Of a stretch of 64,000 nucleotides of DNA, positions 8,599-17,668 are shown piece by piece. Where the stretch lies: positions 1 through 64,000 of the IMG/VR virus record IMGVR_UViG_3300020045_001345. One strand, 5' to 3'. The translations under genes were made by a program, and so were the position numbers. The notes beneath the pieces are model-generated. The model had not been told where the DNA came from, made no database searches, and was given only the letters and a program-made list of their open reading frames with translations. This stretch comes from a virus (taxonomy: Duplodnaviria; Caudoviricetes). Position 1 is the first letter of the stretch; each line of letters opens with the position of its first letter.

Positions 8599-8627
8599 TT
8601 GACACTACTGACAATTCTTGTTATATT
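8599..8627 (+). promoter_or_regulatory. sigma70-like promoter
   Basis: TTGACA-17-TATATT. Confidence 0.6.
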
Positions 8628-8669
8628 ACTGTCTTACGTTGCTTTTACTAATTAACAGGAGAATAAATT

Positions 8670-9224
8670 ATGAGTGGATTTAAAATTGGCGATAAAGTTG
8701 TCTGTGTAGACGGATCTAGTCTCAAAGAGATACAAGCAGGGAATACTTATACAATTAAATATGTCAATGGCAGTATCATTAACGGTGTTGTAGGACTGGA
8801 AGAAAACCCCTACACTTGGTATGCTTCAAGATTCATATTAGCAAAGAAACCTAATGGGGTTAATGATACTGGAACACCTATCCACTTTGCTTTAGAGGAT
8901 TTGCAAGACTGGATGAAGATTGTCATGAAAGATGGTAGATCAGGTATTGTTCGCACAGGTAATAATTTGTACGGGACTTGCATCCTTTATACTGACGGTG
9001 GTGGATTTGATAAAATTTATGATATTGAGAGTGTGTCTGAAGTTTATATCTACAACCAATCTTGGGGACTTTTGATGCACAATTATCCAATTAATAACAA
9101 TCTATTATGGAAACAACAAACAATTGTTCCTATCAAAACTCCACAACAAATTGCGATAGAAGAATTGGAAGCGAGTATTAGAGCTTCTCAAGATAAATTG
9201 ACAGCACTGAAAGGTACGTTATGA
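8670..9224 (+). CDS. hypothetical protein with N-terminal FKIGDKVVCV segment
   Basis: ORF track; AGGAG RBS. Confidence 0.7.
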   Translation: MSGFKIGDKVVCVDGSSLKEIQAGNTYTIKYVNGSIINGVVGLEENPYTWYASRFILAKKPNGVNDTGTPIHFALEDLQDWMKIVMKDGRSGIVRTGNNLYGTCILYTDGGGFDKIYDIESVSEVYIYNQSWGLLMHNYPINNNLLWKQQTIVPIKTPQQIAIEELEASIRASQDKLTALKGTL

Positions 9225-9442
9225 TTATCAACATCAATAATAGAGTGTCATTTACTTTAACAAAGCGAGGTGCTGACATACTTAATGAATACGAAGCACT
9301 AAAGCTGCGAACAGTCCTACATACAGAAGGTGAACTTTACAAAGAGCAACTTTGGCATATAATGGAAATATTTGGAGGAGATGTGTCACTCGGAATGGAA
9401 AGCCCATTTGAAAATTGTGAAATAACTGTGGGAGAATCCTAA
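9221..9442 (+). CDS. hypothetical phage protein
   Basis: ORF track; ATGA overlap. Confidence 0.65.
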   Translation: MIININNRVSFTLTKRGADILNEYEALKLRTVLHTEGELYKEQLWHIMEIFGGDVSLGMESPFENCEITVGES

Positions 9443-9477
9443 TGAATCTGATATTCCTGAGCATGTGGAAATACTTG

Positions 9478-9506
9478 TTGACAAACCCTGCAGAAGCTTA
9501 TAAACT
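9478..9506 (+). promoter_or_regulatory. sigma70-like promoter
   Basis: TTGACA-17-TAAACT. Confidence 0.5.
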
Positions 9507-9733
9507 CTTCTTTAATTCCTCTGAGAAGAAACAGGAGGAGCTGCAAGAATCTCAGAAGGCTGAAATGGAATATTTAAAGGAGACAATGTGAGTATAGTTA
9601 TCAAGGAATACACAGAAGAAGAGTTGCAAGAAGCTAATAAAGAGAAGCTTGCAAAGGCTATTGAATATCTTGGCAATAAGTGGTTGTTGCACAAGGATAA
9701 TAGTGTTGGTAAGAAGAACTTGGGAGAGAAGAA

Positions 9734-9988
9734 ATGATTCCACCTAATGAATTTTTCAGTACGCCTTACATGCAGAAAAAACGTCACACGTTTGCACGCA
9801 CTTATGTAAAGGTGCAGACAACATCTGAATTAGATTCAAGCATTGTCGAAGGTTTTGTCAAAGCAATAGGCGAAGCTACAAAACGAAATTTGTTAAATGT
9901 CATAAAAACTAAAATGTCGACTGCTGACAAAGATCTACAAAAATTGTTTGAAATAGCGTTAGCTAAATATAACGGGGTGAAGAAATGA
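9734..9988 (+). CDS. hypothetical protein
   Basis: ORF track. Confidence 0.6.
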   Translation: MIPPNEFFSTPYMQKKRHTFARTYVKVQTTSELDSSIVEGFVKAIGEATKRNLLNVIKTKMSTADKDLQKLFEIALAKYNGVKK

Positions 9989-10488
9989 GACCAGAACACA
10001 CAAAACCGTTCAACGCAGAGCACGCCAAAGCTGGTGCGCCTTATTGTCAGCGTAATGGCTTGGCAGCATTAATTGGAATTTGGAACGGTAGAAATCCAAT
10101 AGTCCCTCTAATTGGTGAGCGCGAAAATTCCAAGGGACAATTTTCAGCAACAACTTGGACTGCTAATGGTGGAAATCCGAATCCGAATGGAACCGAGTCT
10201 AATGATCTAGTAATGCTTCCCCTAGGCTACTGCGAAGGCAAGCCTGTGTTTGTTGGGGATGAGCTTGTCAACAGTGTAGGTGTGCTAAACACTGTATCCG
10301 CTCGGGAGAGGTATTTTGAACCCTCTTTATGGCCTCGCACAGCACCAGTGATGCCGAAAAGCTCTTACGTAAATGAAGGCGAATGGACGACTTACGATAA
10401 AATTTTTGCTCACCATTTAAAGACTCAACGCAAAGAAATCGAAGCCTACTGGAAAGCACTTGATGAATTTAACGGAGAGAAGAAATGA
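9985..10488 (+). CDS. hypothetical phage protein
   Basis: ORF track; ATGA overlaps. Confidence 0.65.
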   Translation: MRPEHTKPFNAEHAKAGAPYCQRNGLAALIGIWNGRNPIVPLIGERENSKGQFSATTWTANGGNPNPNGTESNDLVMLPLGYCEGKPVFVGDELVNSVGVLNTVSARERYFEPSLWPRTAPVMPKSSYVNEGEWTTYDKIFAHHLKTQRKEIEAYWKALDEFNGEKK

Positions 10489-10910
10489 GCAACGATAAAA
10501 TGCGCAGTGAGTTTGATAAAAATTACACAATCCCACCAACTAGAGACGGTGATCTTTACCTCTCTGTACCTGTAACTGTGGATTTTAAACTGTTTCAAAA
10601 GGGCTGGCAAGCAGCACTAAGCAGCCAAGCAAGTCAAGAAGACACACTACATGGAATGCTTGAGGCAAACTATGAGGGCTGCCTCGATTCAAACCAAGAA
10701 CAGCACAAAATAATTAAAGAGCTGAAGCTACGTGTGGCTGAGTTGGAAGTCGATCTAAGTGAGCTAACTCTTGATCTAGGGATGGAGAAGAAATTTGGAA
10801 CGAGGGTACTTGCGGAGCGCAACAGATTGCAGAGTGAGTGCAACAGACTAAAAGAGCAAGAAAAGAATTTTCAAAAGTCTATCATCGGAAATAGGAGATT
10901 TGTATCATGA
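10485..10910 (+). CDS. hypothetical coiled-coil protein
   Basis: ORF track; heptad-like C-terminus. Confidence 0.6.
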   Translation: MSNDKMRSEFDKNYTIPPTRDGDLYLSVPVTVDFKLFQKGWQAALSSQASQEDTLHGMLEANYEGCLDSNQEQHKIIKELKLRVAELEVDLSELTLDLGMEKKFGTRVLAERNRLQSECNRLKEQEKNFQKSIIGNRRFVS

Positions 10911-11185
10911 AAACAGTTACATACGACAAGACACACAAGATTGTAGAGATAAAACTACTAGAAGATACATTGCAAGTACTAAAAGAGTTGTGGTACGAGA
11001 GTTTTGAAGGTAATTATTGTCAAGGTGATGACGACACAATAGATGCTTTGCTTAATTTGCTACACCCACCAGAAGAGGAAGAAGCTGACATGACATGCCC
11101 AACTTGTAATGGATGTGGAGAAGGGGCTTATGAAGGCTCTGATTGTTTTAATTGTGGTGGAAAAGGAGAAGTTTATGGGAGTTGA
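10907..11185 (+). CDS. hypothetical protein with DnaJ-type CxxCxGxG zinc finger
   Basis: CPTCNGCG...CFNCGGKG. Confidence 0.7.
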   Translation: MKTVTYDKTHKIVEIKLLEDTLQVLKELWYESFEGNYCQGDDDTIDALLNLLHPPEEEEADMTCPTCNGCGEGAYEGSDCFNCGGKGEVYGS

Positions 11186-11498
11186 TTACAGAAATGTTAT
11201 TATTTACGGCAAGGAATTCGACAGCTTTATCTGTGCAATGGATGACTTGCTGTACAATAAAATTATCACAGATGAAGAGTATGAAGATCACTGTGAAAAC
11301 GGGGAATACTACAAAGAGAACAGCCTTATTGAATGGGAAGTTTATTCATGTTACACCGGAGGTGTAGGTATTCTAGGCTTAGAAGTAAGTGCAAAGAATC
11401 TCTATACACAACCTGAAGCTTGCCAGAAGAATTTTAAAGAGGTTGATAAATTATTAGGTGATGGTTGTGAAGTACATGAATTTGTTCAAGTTTGCTAA
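11175..11498 (+). CDS. hypothetical protein
   Basis: ORF track; start moved to MGVDY (AAGGAG RBS). Confidence 0.6.
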   Translation: MGVDYRNVIIYGKEFDSFICAMDDLLYNKIITDEEYEDHCENGEYYKENSLIEWEVYSCYTGGVGILGLEVSAKNLYTQPEACQKNFKEVDKLLGDGCEVHEFVQVC

Positions 11499-11889
11499 TA
11501 AAATACTGCTAGTTGTACTGGTACTCCCACTTCTCTGTAATGCTTCAACAATTAAGAAGCCTACAGAGAAGGATTGTTTGCACTGGGCTGCATGGAAGGA
11601 GTCGAGGGGAGAGCCTGTACAGGTTATTGCAGAAGTTATCCATGTTATCAAAAGGCGTGTGAAGAATTCTGGCACAACAATTTGCAAAGTGCTTAAAGAG
11701 AAAGGACAGTTCCCATATTTCAGACATGGAGTTAAGGCTGTCACAGATAAAGAGTTCTTGCATAAGTATAGAAAGGCTGCTATACTAAAATCTAAGTTGA
11801 GTGCTGAGTACCTCTATTTTAATCACAAGAAACATAAGTGGGGTAAGAATACTAGGAAAATTGGCAGACTTTATTTTCAAACAAATTAG
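11476..11889 (+). CDS. SleB/Hydrolase_2-like cell wall hydrolase with N-terminal signal/TM
   Basis: CLHWAAWKESRGE, VIHVIKRRV, TICKVLKEKGQF, KIGRLYF. Confidence 0.8.
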   Translation: MNLFKFANKILLVVLVLPLLCNASTIKKPTEKDCLHWAAWKESRGEPVQVIAEVIHVIKRRVKNSGTTICKVLKEKGQFPYFRHGVKAVTDKEFLHKYRKAAILKSKLSAEYLYFNHKKHKWGKNTRKIGRLYFQTN

Positions 11890-11897
11890 GAGGAATT

Positions 11898-12149
11898 ATG
11901 AATAAAATGAAATATGTAGTAGTGACATCCGAAGATTGTGGAGAACAACTCTTTATCTTTCCATTAGATGTGGATCATGACTCATTTGCAGAAATATTGA
12001 GCTATATCAAAACCGGAGGGAGAAATTGGACACGTGCTTTTAGAAAACCTATTTCAGCTGGATTTACTGATGGTGTACACTGCTTTGGTTATAGTGAAAC
12101 ATTGTCATTAGGCTCTCGTGAATGTGATACAGATTTACTGTATAAATAG
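11898..12149 (+). CDS. hypothetical phage protein (KPISAGF...GYSETLSLGSR)
   Basis: ORF track; AGGAGG RBS. Confidence 0.7.
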   Translation: MNKMKYVVVTSEDCGEQLFIFPLDVDHDSFAEILSYIKTGGRNWTRAFRKPISAGFTDGVHCFGYSETLSLGSRECDTDLLYK

Positions 12150-12157
12150 GAGAAATT

Positions 12158-12457
12158 ATGACATTAGAAGAACTAAAATATTTGGTGAGTGAATCTTATA
12201 ATAAACATCAGTGGTTTATAGGTATTGATGATTTACCTAAGCAAATTTCTGAAGTTGAAAATGAGGGTTGGACTGACGAGGGAAAGTATTCTTACCGTTC
12301 AGACTATTATAAAGATAATGAAGGTAATCATTTCAGAATTGATAACTCACGTTCTGGGAGATATCACTCAGATTACTACTATCACGAACCTTATGTGTTT
12401 CAAGTTGAGCCTAAAGTAGAAACAATTACTAGGGTTGTTTGGAAGGAGATTAAATGA
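12158..12457 (+). CDS. hypothetical phage protein
   Basis: ORF track. Confidence 0.7.
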   Translation: MTLEELKYLVSESYNKHQWFIGIDDLPKQISEVENEGWTDEGKYSYRSDYYKDNEGNHFRIDNSRSGRYHSDYYYHEPYVFQVEPKVETITRVVWKEIK

Positions 12458-13452
12458 TTAAGCTTAATATTTATAACACGAATTTAGGTATATTCCTGCA
12501 TCATTCTGGACTAAGTTTTAATTTAGAAAATTCTGTGAATGTAAAAATTAATGGTGTGTTTGCAAAAGATATTATTAAGTCGAGCAGACAGGGATTTTAT
12601 TTCTTAGAGGGTGTACCAACAATCAGTAAATATGAAACTCTTAAAAAAGGTTCAAAGATTTGCACAGGATACACACTTAAAATATCCTCTATAGCTAATG
12701 ACGAGATTCCTTTGAACCTCTCACCAGAAGATGTTGAGAGCTATTATGATGATGACAGTGAAGAAATTGTATGGAAACATCACAATGACTTGCAAGGTTT
12801 GTATAAGCCTGTCCATGTTGATGCAGAGGATGAGTGGGTTAATCAAGAGTTCGAGGTTACTGTACTGAGAAGTATTATCATTGAAAATTACGAAGAGCCT
12901 ATTAAAACAACTGTAACTAAGGCTACTAATGTTGTCCAGAAGGTTCCTTACGGCTCTAGTAATATCTTAGCTGATATTGTACAATATGAAGAACTTGAGA
13001 AGCTTCTTACTCCTGAGTTTTTATTACACGAGCGCCCATGTGCTCTATCATCTTCTCAAGTATTCCAGATTATTAGGCAATATGTGAAAGAGAATATTAA
13101 CCCCAAGACAGCACGTATCACTTCTGATTATGATTTCTGTTTCACTGTTAAGAAAGTTGTTAAAGTTAAGCCTTACACAACCAAGTCAGAGGTCAAGAAA
13201 CAAAATGGCAGGAGTTATTCAACACCAAAATATAAGACCATTCAAACAAAAGAAAGGTTGGAAGAAATATTTGAAATCGCTCCAAAGGTATATAATAGTT
13301 ATTCTGTAGCTCCACAGTGGAATGCCGAGAGTTTAAAAGATATGGCAGAGCAAGTTAGAATCTATTTAGAAGAATTGATGAGTGTTATTAATGCTGAGAC
13401 AGAAGAGTGTCCACATTGTAATGGCTGTGGTATTATTAAGGAGAATGTATGA
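12454..13452 (+). CDS. hypothetical protein, 332 aa, C-terminal CPHCNGCG
   Basis: ORF track. Confidence 0.75.
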   Translation: MIKLNIYNTNLGIFLHHSGLSFNLENSVNVKINGVFAKDIIKSSRQGFYFLEGVPTISKYETLKKGSKICTGYTLKISSIANDEIPLNLSPEDVESYYDDDSEEIVWKHHNDLQGLYKPVHVDAEDEWVNQEFEVTVLRSIIIENYEEPIKTTVTKATNVVQKVPYGSSNILADIVQYEELEKLLTPEFLLHERPCALSSSQVFQIIRQYVKENINPKTARITSDYDFCFTVKKVVKVKPYTTKSEVKKQNGRSYSTPKYKTIQTKERLEEIFEIAPKVYNSYSVAPQWNAESLKDMAEQVRIYLEELMSVINAETEECPHCNGCGIIKENV

Positions 13453-13697
13453 ACAAAGAACCAGTAACAGATATGTTTGGAAACACTCTCAACATTGGAG
13501 ATTATTTCGCTTATGCAGAGCTTCAAAACAAGACTAGGGCTGTGGTAAATATTTATCAAGTGATTGCAACATCTCCAGATAGATTTAATGCTAGGATTGT
13601 TCGGATGAGTGGTTACGAATCAATGAAAGGTAGTAAGTTTGTACAGTGTGCTAGTGAGAAGGCTATTTTATTGAAGGATTTTAAGGGGAATGTATGA
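13449..13697 (+). CDS. hypothetical protein
   Basis: ORF track. Confidence 0.65.
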   Translation: MNKEPVTDMFGNTLNIGDYFAYAELQNKTRAVVNIYQVIATSPDRFNARIVRMSGYESMKGSKFVQCASEKAILLKDFKGNV

Positions 13698-13897
13698 AAG
13701 TTAAAGAGTTAATAGTAGCTTTACAAAGTATGCCGCAAGAATTAGAAGTATATGGTATCTGTGATCATGGACAGGCTCCTGAGAAGGCATGTATTCCCAG
13801 TATTATTTACACTGATACAGACAGCTATACCATACAAGACTACTGCCTTGAGAGTGAAAATGAATATGGGTACAAGTTTAAAGCTGTATTACTTTAG
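13694..13897 (+). CDS. hypothetical protein (MKVKELIVALQ)
   Basis: ORF track. Confidence 0.65.
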   Translation: MKVKELIVALQSMPQELEVYGICDHGQAPEKACIPSIIYTDTDSYTIQDYCLESENEYGYKFKAVLL

Positions 13898-13905
13898 GAG
13901 AATGT

Positions 13906-13989
13906 ATGACAATTAGTGCTAAAATTTTATGTGATAGTGTGAATGCACAGGGGAATCGTTTAACTACGTTTGAGGCTGATTCGGTATGA
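13906..13989 (+). pseudogene. 27-aa relic of a different ThyX-lineage N-terminus
   Basis: MTISAKILCDSVNAQGNRLTTFEADSV*; AGGAG RBS; its stop overlaps the HNH ATG. Confidence 0.55.
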
Positions 13990-14531
13990 AATGGGAAAGT
14001 CATTTCTACTACGCTCCAGAGATTCCAAACGGCCTAAGGTGGGTAAGAGCGGCATCAAATAATAGACTTAAGGCAGGAGATCCCGCTGGTAGTAAGAAAT
14101 TCGACAAAGGAAAATATTACTACCAACTAAAGTTAGGGTATAATAACTGTCAAAATCATAGAATAGTTTGGGAAATGTTCAATGGAGAAATTCCTGAAGG
14201 TTTTGTAGTAGATCATATTGACGGAAATCCAAGCAATAACACAATAGAAAATCTGAGAGTTTGCACAAACCAAGAGAATGCCTATAACTCTAAGAAGTCA
14301 AAATTAAATAAGTCAGGAATTTCTGGAATAAGTATTAAAGATAATGGGACAGGTACACTTTACGTTACTGCACAATGGAATTATAGTGGTAAACGATGTT
14401 GCAAAAACTTCTCAATAGCTAAGTATGGGTATGACATAGCTTTTGAACTGGCTGTTGCTGCCAGAAATGCTGCACTTAAAACAATTCAAGAAACTGGTAT
14501 AAACATTCACGAAGGGCACGGAAAACGATGA
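13986..14531 (+). CDS. HNH homing endonuclease
   Basis: HRIVWEMFNGEIPEGFVVDHIDGNPSNNTIENLRVCTNQEN; AP2-like C-terminus. Confidence 0.9.
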   Translation: MKWESHFYYAPEIPNGLRWVRAASNNRLKAGDPAGSKKFDKGKYYYQLKLGYNNCQNHRIVWEMFNGEIPEGFVVDHIDGNPSNNTIENLRVCTNQENAYNSKKSKLNKSGISGISIKDNGTGTLYVTAQWNYSGKRCCKNFSIAKYGYDIAFELAVAARNAALKTIQETGINIHEGHGKR

Positions 14532-15193
14532 CATTTAAAGCAAAACTAATAGCAACAACCCAACCTACTGATGAAATGAAAGCTTTAGGTGTTTCAGACT
14601 TGAAAGATTTGATAACTATGTGTGCAAGAGTTTCAAATCCTTCTAACCAAATGAATATGGATACAGCAGATAAACTTATTGCATATCTTATGAAGTATAA
14701 ACATTTCAGTCCTTTTGAAATGGCTAATTGTGTTGTGGAAGTAAACTGTCCGCGAGACATTGCACGTCAACTTCTACGTCATCGCAGTTTTTGTTTTCAA
14801 GAATTTTCACAGCGATATGCTGATGTAACACAACTAGAGGACGCTTTCTGTATCCGAGAGCTGCGAATGCAAGACACTAAAAATCGGCAAAATAGTATTG
14901 TAACAGGTGATGAAACCTTACAACGTGTCTGGAATGATATTCAAAATGAGGTGCTTGATCTCGTAAAAGAGCGCTATAATACTGCTATTAGTTTTGGTAT
15001 TGCAAAAGAAGTAGCTCGTGTTATTCTACCAGAAGGTCTTACAATGTCTCGCCTATACGTCAATGGCACAATCCGTAGTTGGATTCATTATTTAGAAGTT
15101 CGTATGGAGGAAGGTGTTACGCAGGCAGAACACGTACAACTTGCTACATTAATAGCAGAGCAGATTAATACTGTTTTTAAAGTTACTAAGTAA
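14528..15193 (+). CDS. thyX: flavin-dependent thymidylate synthase
   Basis: HFSPFEM, RHRSFCFQEFSQR signature, AKEVARVILP, GTIRSWIHY. Confidence 0.95.
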   Translation: MTFKAKLIATTQPTDEMKALGVSDLKDLITMCARVSNPSNQMNMDTADKLIAYLMKYKHFSPFEMANCVVEVNCPRDIARQLLRHRSFCFQEFSQRYADVTQLEDAFCIRELRMQDTKNRQNSIVTGDETLQRVWNDIQNEVLDLVKERYNTAISFGIAKEVARVILPEGLTMSRLYVNGTIRSWIHYLEVRMEEGVTQAEHVQLATLIAEQINTVFKVTK

Positions 15194-15205
15194 ATAAGAA
15201 CTAAA

Positions 15206-15403
15206 ATGACTATATTTGAAACACAAGAAGCTCTACCACTCTCTAGTAATCAGAAAGATGTCTTAATCAAAATATTTGTAGAAGGACTCTCTCAAAGAGA
15301 TACTTCATTACTACTTGGTATCACACCTCAACGTGTCGGTCAGCTTAAACATGAGGGTGTACTACGTATGATGAAGCTACTAAAAATACAAAGAAACACT
15401 TGA
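15206..15403 (+). CDS. stand-alone sigma70 region-4-like HTH protein
   Basis: LSSNQKDVLIKIFVEGLSQRDTSLLLGITPQRVGQLKHEG. Confidence 0.7.
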   Translation: MTIFETQEALPLSSNQKDVLIKIFVEGLSQRDTSLLLGITPQRVGQLKHEGVLRMMKLLKIQRNT

Positions 15404-15446
15404 CAAATTCCCTCACAAGGCATATTATTTGTTCTGTGAGGGAATT
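15400..15446 (+). promoter_or_regulatory. sigma70 promoter with a 12-bp inverted repeat around the -10 box
   Basis: TTGACA-17-TATTAT; AATTCCCTCACA / TGTGAGGGAATT. Confidence 0.75.
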
Positions 15447-15552
15447 GCTGCATTTGCAGAGGATGTTTTAAGGAGAGCTTTACTTGTACTCCGATGAATA
15501 TATCTTAGAAGATATTGAAAGTGGTTATTTAATATACACATAAGGAGAGATT

Positions 15553-17220
15553 ATGAGTGGTTATTGGAAAGCAGATAAACAAGGAGAAAATGGAATGAAT
15601 AAAGAAGTATTTGTGCCAAAGGAAACACTGAAGGATGTTGAGGGGTATCCCTTTAAAGACTTGCCAGAGCGAGGGCTTAGGAAAGAAACACTACAGCGTT
15701 TTGGTGTCAAAGTAGGACTATCTGAAGAAGATGGTACAACTGTCGTTGCTGTGTATTTTCCATCGTACAATCAGAAGGGTAAAATCACAGGGTACAAAAA
15801 ACAAGATTTAACAAAAGATAAGAGTGAGAAGTATCACTGGTCTACCATTGGCAGCGTTTCTATCCAGAATAAATTATTTGGTCAAGAGGTTGCTGAAAGT
15901 ATTCAAAGAAAACATACATTTCTACACGTAACAGAGGGGGAATATGACGCATTAAGTTGCTTCCAAGCTTTAAAAGATCAAGTGAAAGGTACAAAGTTTG
16001 AAGGGCTTGAACCATCTATCACCAGCATCCCTCTTGGCACAGCCAATGCAGTAGAAGCTATGCTACATAATCAGGAATTTGTTCTGAGCTACTCTTCATT
16101 GTGTATGTTCTTTGATGATGATTATTGCACACCAGCAGAGAAGTTAAAAGGTGTGATGAAGGGGCATGAAGCTCGTGAGGCTGTTGCCAATGCTTTTGTT
16201 GGTGCAAACATAGATTTGTTTACGGTGTCTACTACAGGTGACTATAAAGACGCCTCTGATCTCCTTCAGGACGGTAAGAGTGATGAACTTGCAAAACTTG
16301 TGCAGTTTGGTAAACGTCAATTTAGTGCTGAAAAAATTGCCAATGCAGCCAGTATAAGTTTTGATGAAATCATTGCAAAACCGCCAGAAGGCGTCTATAT
16401 CAAAAGTTTTCCAATGTTGATGGAGAAGATTCATGGTTTTAGGTGTTCAGAACTGACACTACTTACCAGTGGGAGTGGTGTCGGAAAAAGCACTATCACT
16501 TCAATTTTTGCAGCTGATTTTATTGATGCTGGTAAGAAGGTTGGTCTTATTTTTCTTGAGGAAACAAAAGTACAGACATTGCAGCGTATGGTTGCACATA
16601 AACTGAAAGTTAATTTCAATAAGTTTAAGGAAAATCCGCTCTCTGTCGCTTCTAAAGAGAGTATCAGAGAGGCTTATGACAGTATTGTAGATAACGATAT
16701 GGCTGTCTTTCTTGACCATTTTGGTAATCTACCTGTATCAGAGTTGATGAGCAAAGTAAAACACATGCATCTAGTTTCTAAATGTGATTTTATTATTATT
16801 GATCATCTTACTTTGTGTGCGTCAGGTGGAGGGGGTGAGTTAGATGAAAGACGAGTATTAGATCAAGTAATGACAGAGCTGGCAGCGTTTTGTGCATCAA
16901 ACAAAGTAGGTATAATTGCCATCAGTCATATCAATCGTGGAGGTTTTGCAGATAACAAACCTCCAAAGGATGCTGATGAGAATCCTTACTGGGTTAAAGT
17001 GGACAAATCTCACATGCGAGGGTCATCAGCTTTGGAACAGTTGAGTTGGACTATTTTAGGAGTAGAAAACCAGATCATGCCAGACCGAAGCCGTGGCAAT
17101 GTACGCCTCACTGTTTTGAAGAACAGAACATTCGGATCTTTGGGGGTTGCAGACGAGTTTAGTCTTAATCAAGATACATGGGAAGTTGAATTAGCTAACC
17201 AAGACCCTTGTGAATTCTAA
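15553..17220 (+). CDS. T7 gp4-like primase-helicase (TOPRIM + DnaB-like helicase)
   Basis: VTEGEYDALS, FFDDD, GSGVGKST Walker A, IIIDHL, ISHINR, RGSSALEQ, VLKNR. Confidence 0.93.
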   Translation: MSGYWKADKQGENGMNKEVFVPKETLKDVEGYPFKDLPERGLRKETLQRFGVKVGLSEEDGTTVVAVYFPSYNQKGKITGYKKQDLTKDKSEKYHWSTIGSVSIQNKLFGQEVAESIQRKHTFLHVTEGEYDALSCFQALKDQVKGTKFEGLEPSITSIPLGTANAVEAMLHNQEFVLSYSSLCMFFDDDYCTPAEKLKGVMKGHEAREAVANAFVGANIDLFTVSTTGDYKDASDLLQDGKSDELAKLVQFGKRQFSAEKIANAASISFDEIIAKPPEGVYIKSFPMLMEKIHGFRCSELTLLTSGSGVGKSTITSIFAADFIDAGKKVGLIFLEETKVQTLQRMVAHKLKVNFNKFKENPLSVASKESIREAYDSIVDNDMAVFLDHFGNLPVSELMSKVKHMHLVSKCDFIIIDHLTLCASGGGGELDERRVLDQVMTELAAFCASNKVGIIAISHINRGGFADNKPPKDADENPYWVKVDKSHMRGSSALEQLSWTILGVENQIMPDRSRGNVRLTVLKNRTFGSLGVADEFSLNQDTWEVELANQDPCEF

Positions 17221-17247
17221 ATAACCAGACAAACTCTTAGTAAACCC

Positions 17248-17280
17248 TTGACATAGCTATTGTGAGCAATTACAATAGCT
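17248..17280 (+). promoter_or_regulatory. sigma70 promoter with a 9-bp inverted repeat
   Basis: TTGACA-17-TACAAT; AGCTATTGT / ACAATAGCT. Confidence 0.8.
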
Positions 17281-17305
17281 TCATTCAATCAACAAGGAGA
17301 ACATA

Positions 17306-17668
17306 ATGACAGGATTTGTTGCAAATAGATTTGTCAAGCTACTTAAAAACAAAGGCTTCAGGGTGGTAAGGGAAAACCATACACGATACTCGGGCATTTG
17401 GATTGTAAGGGGTTTTGGTATTTACGGTGTTATTGCACCTCACATGAAGGAATACTATAATGCTGATTTCTTTGTAGATAACGAAGAATATTGGGATAAA
17501 TTCTCTCATGCAGTTGTTAAGGTGGACATCTCTAAAGTGAATACAGAAGATTTATTTGAGGATATTTCTTACTTGACTTCTGAAGAAGGTAGAGAGTATA
17601 ATAGAAGTTATGCCTATCTTGATGACAATAGAGCCAGGTTTAAGACAATGATCAATAAGGAGAACTAA
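17306..17668 (+). CDS. hypothetical protein
   Basis: ORF track; AAGGAG RBS. Confidence 0.7.
   Translation: MTGFVANRFVKLLKNKGFRVVRENHTRYSGIWIVRGFGIYGVIAPHMKEYYNADFFVDNEEYWDKFSHAVVKVDISKVNTEDLFEDISYLTSEEGREYNRSYAYLDDNRARFKTMINKEN

Noticed and set aside
13906-15193. Group I intron splitting thyX around the HNH
   Set aside because: The downstream thyX is complete with its own N-terminus, there is no non-coding room for a ribozyme core, and no matching exon 2 exists
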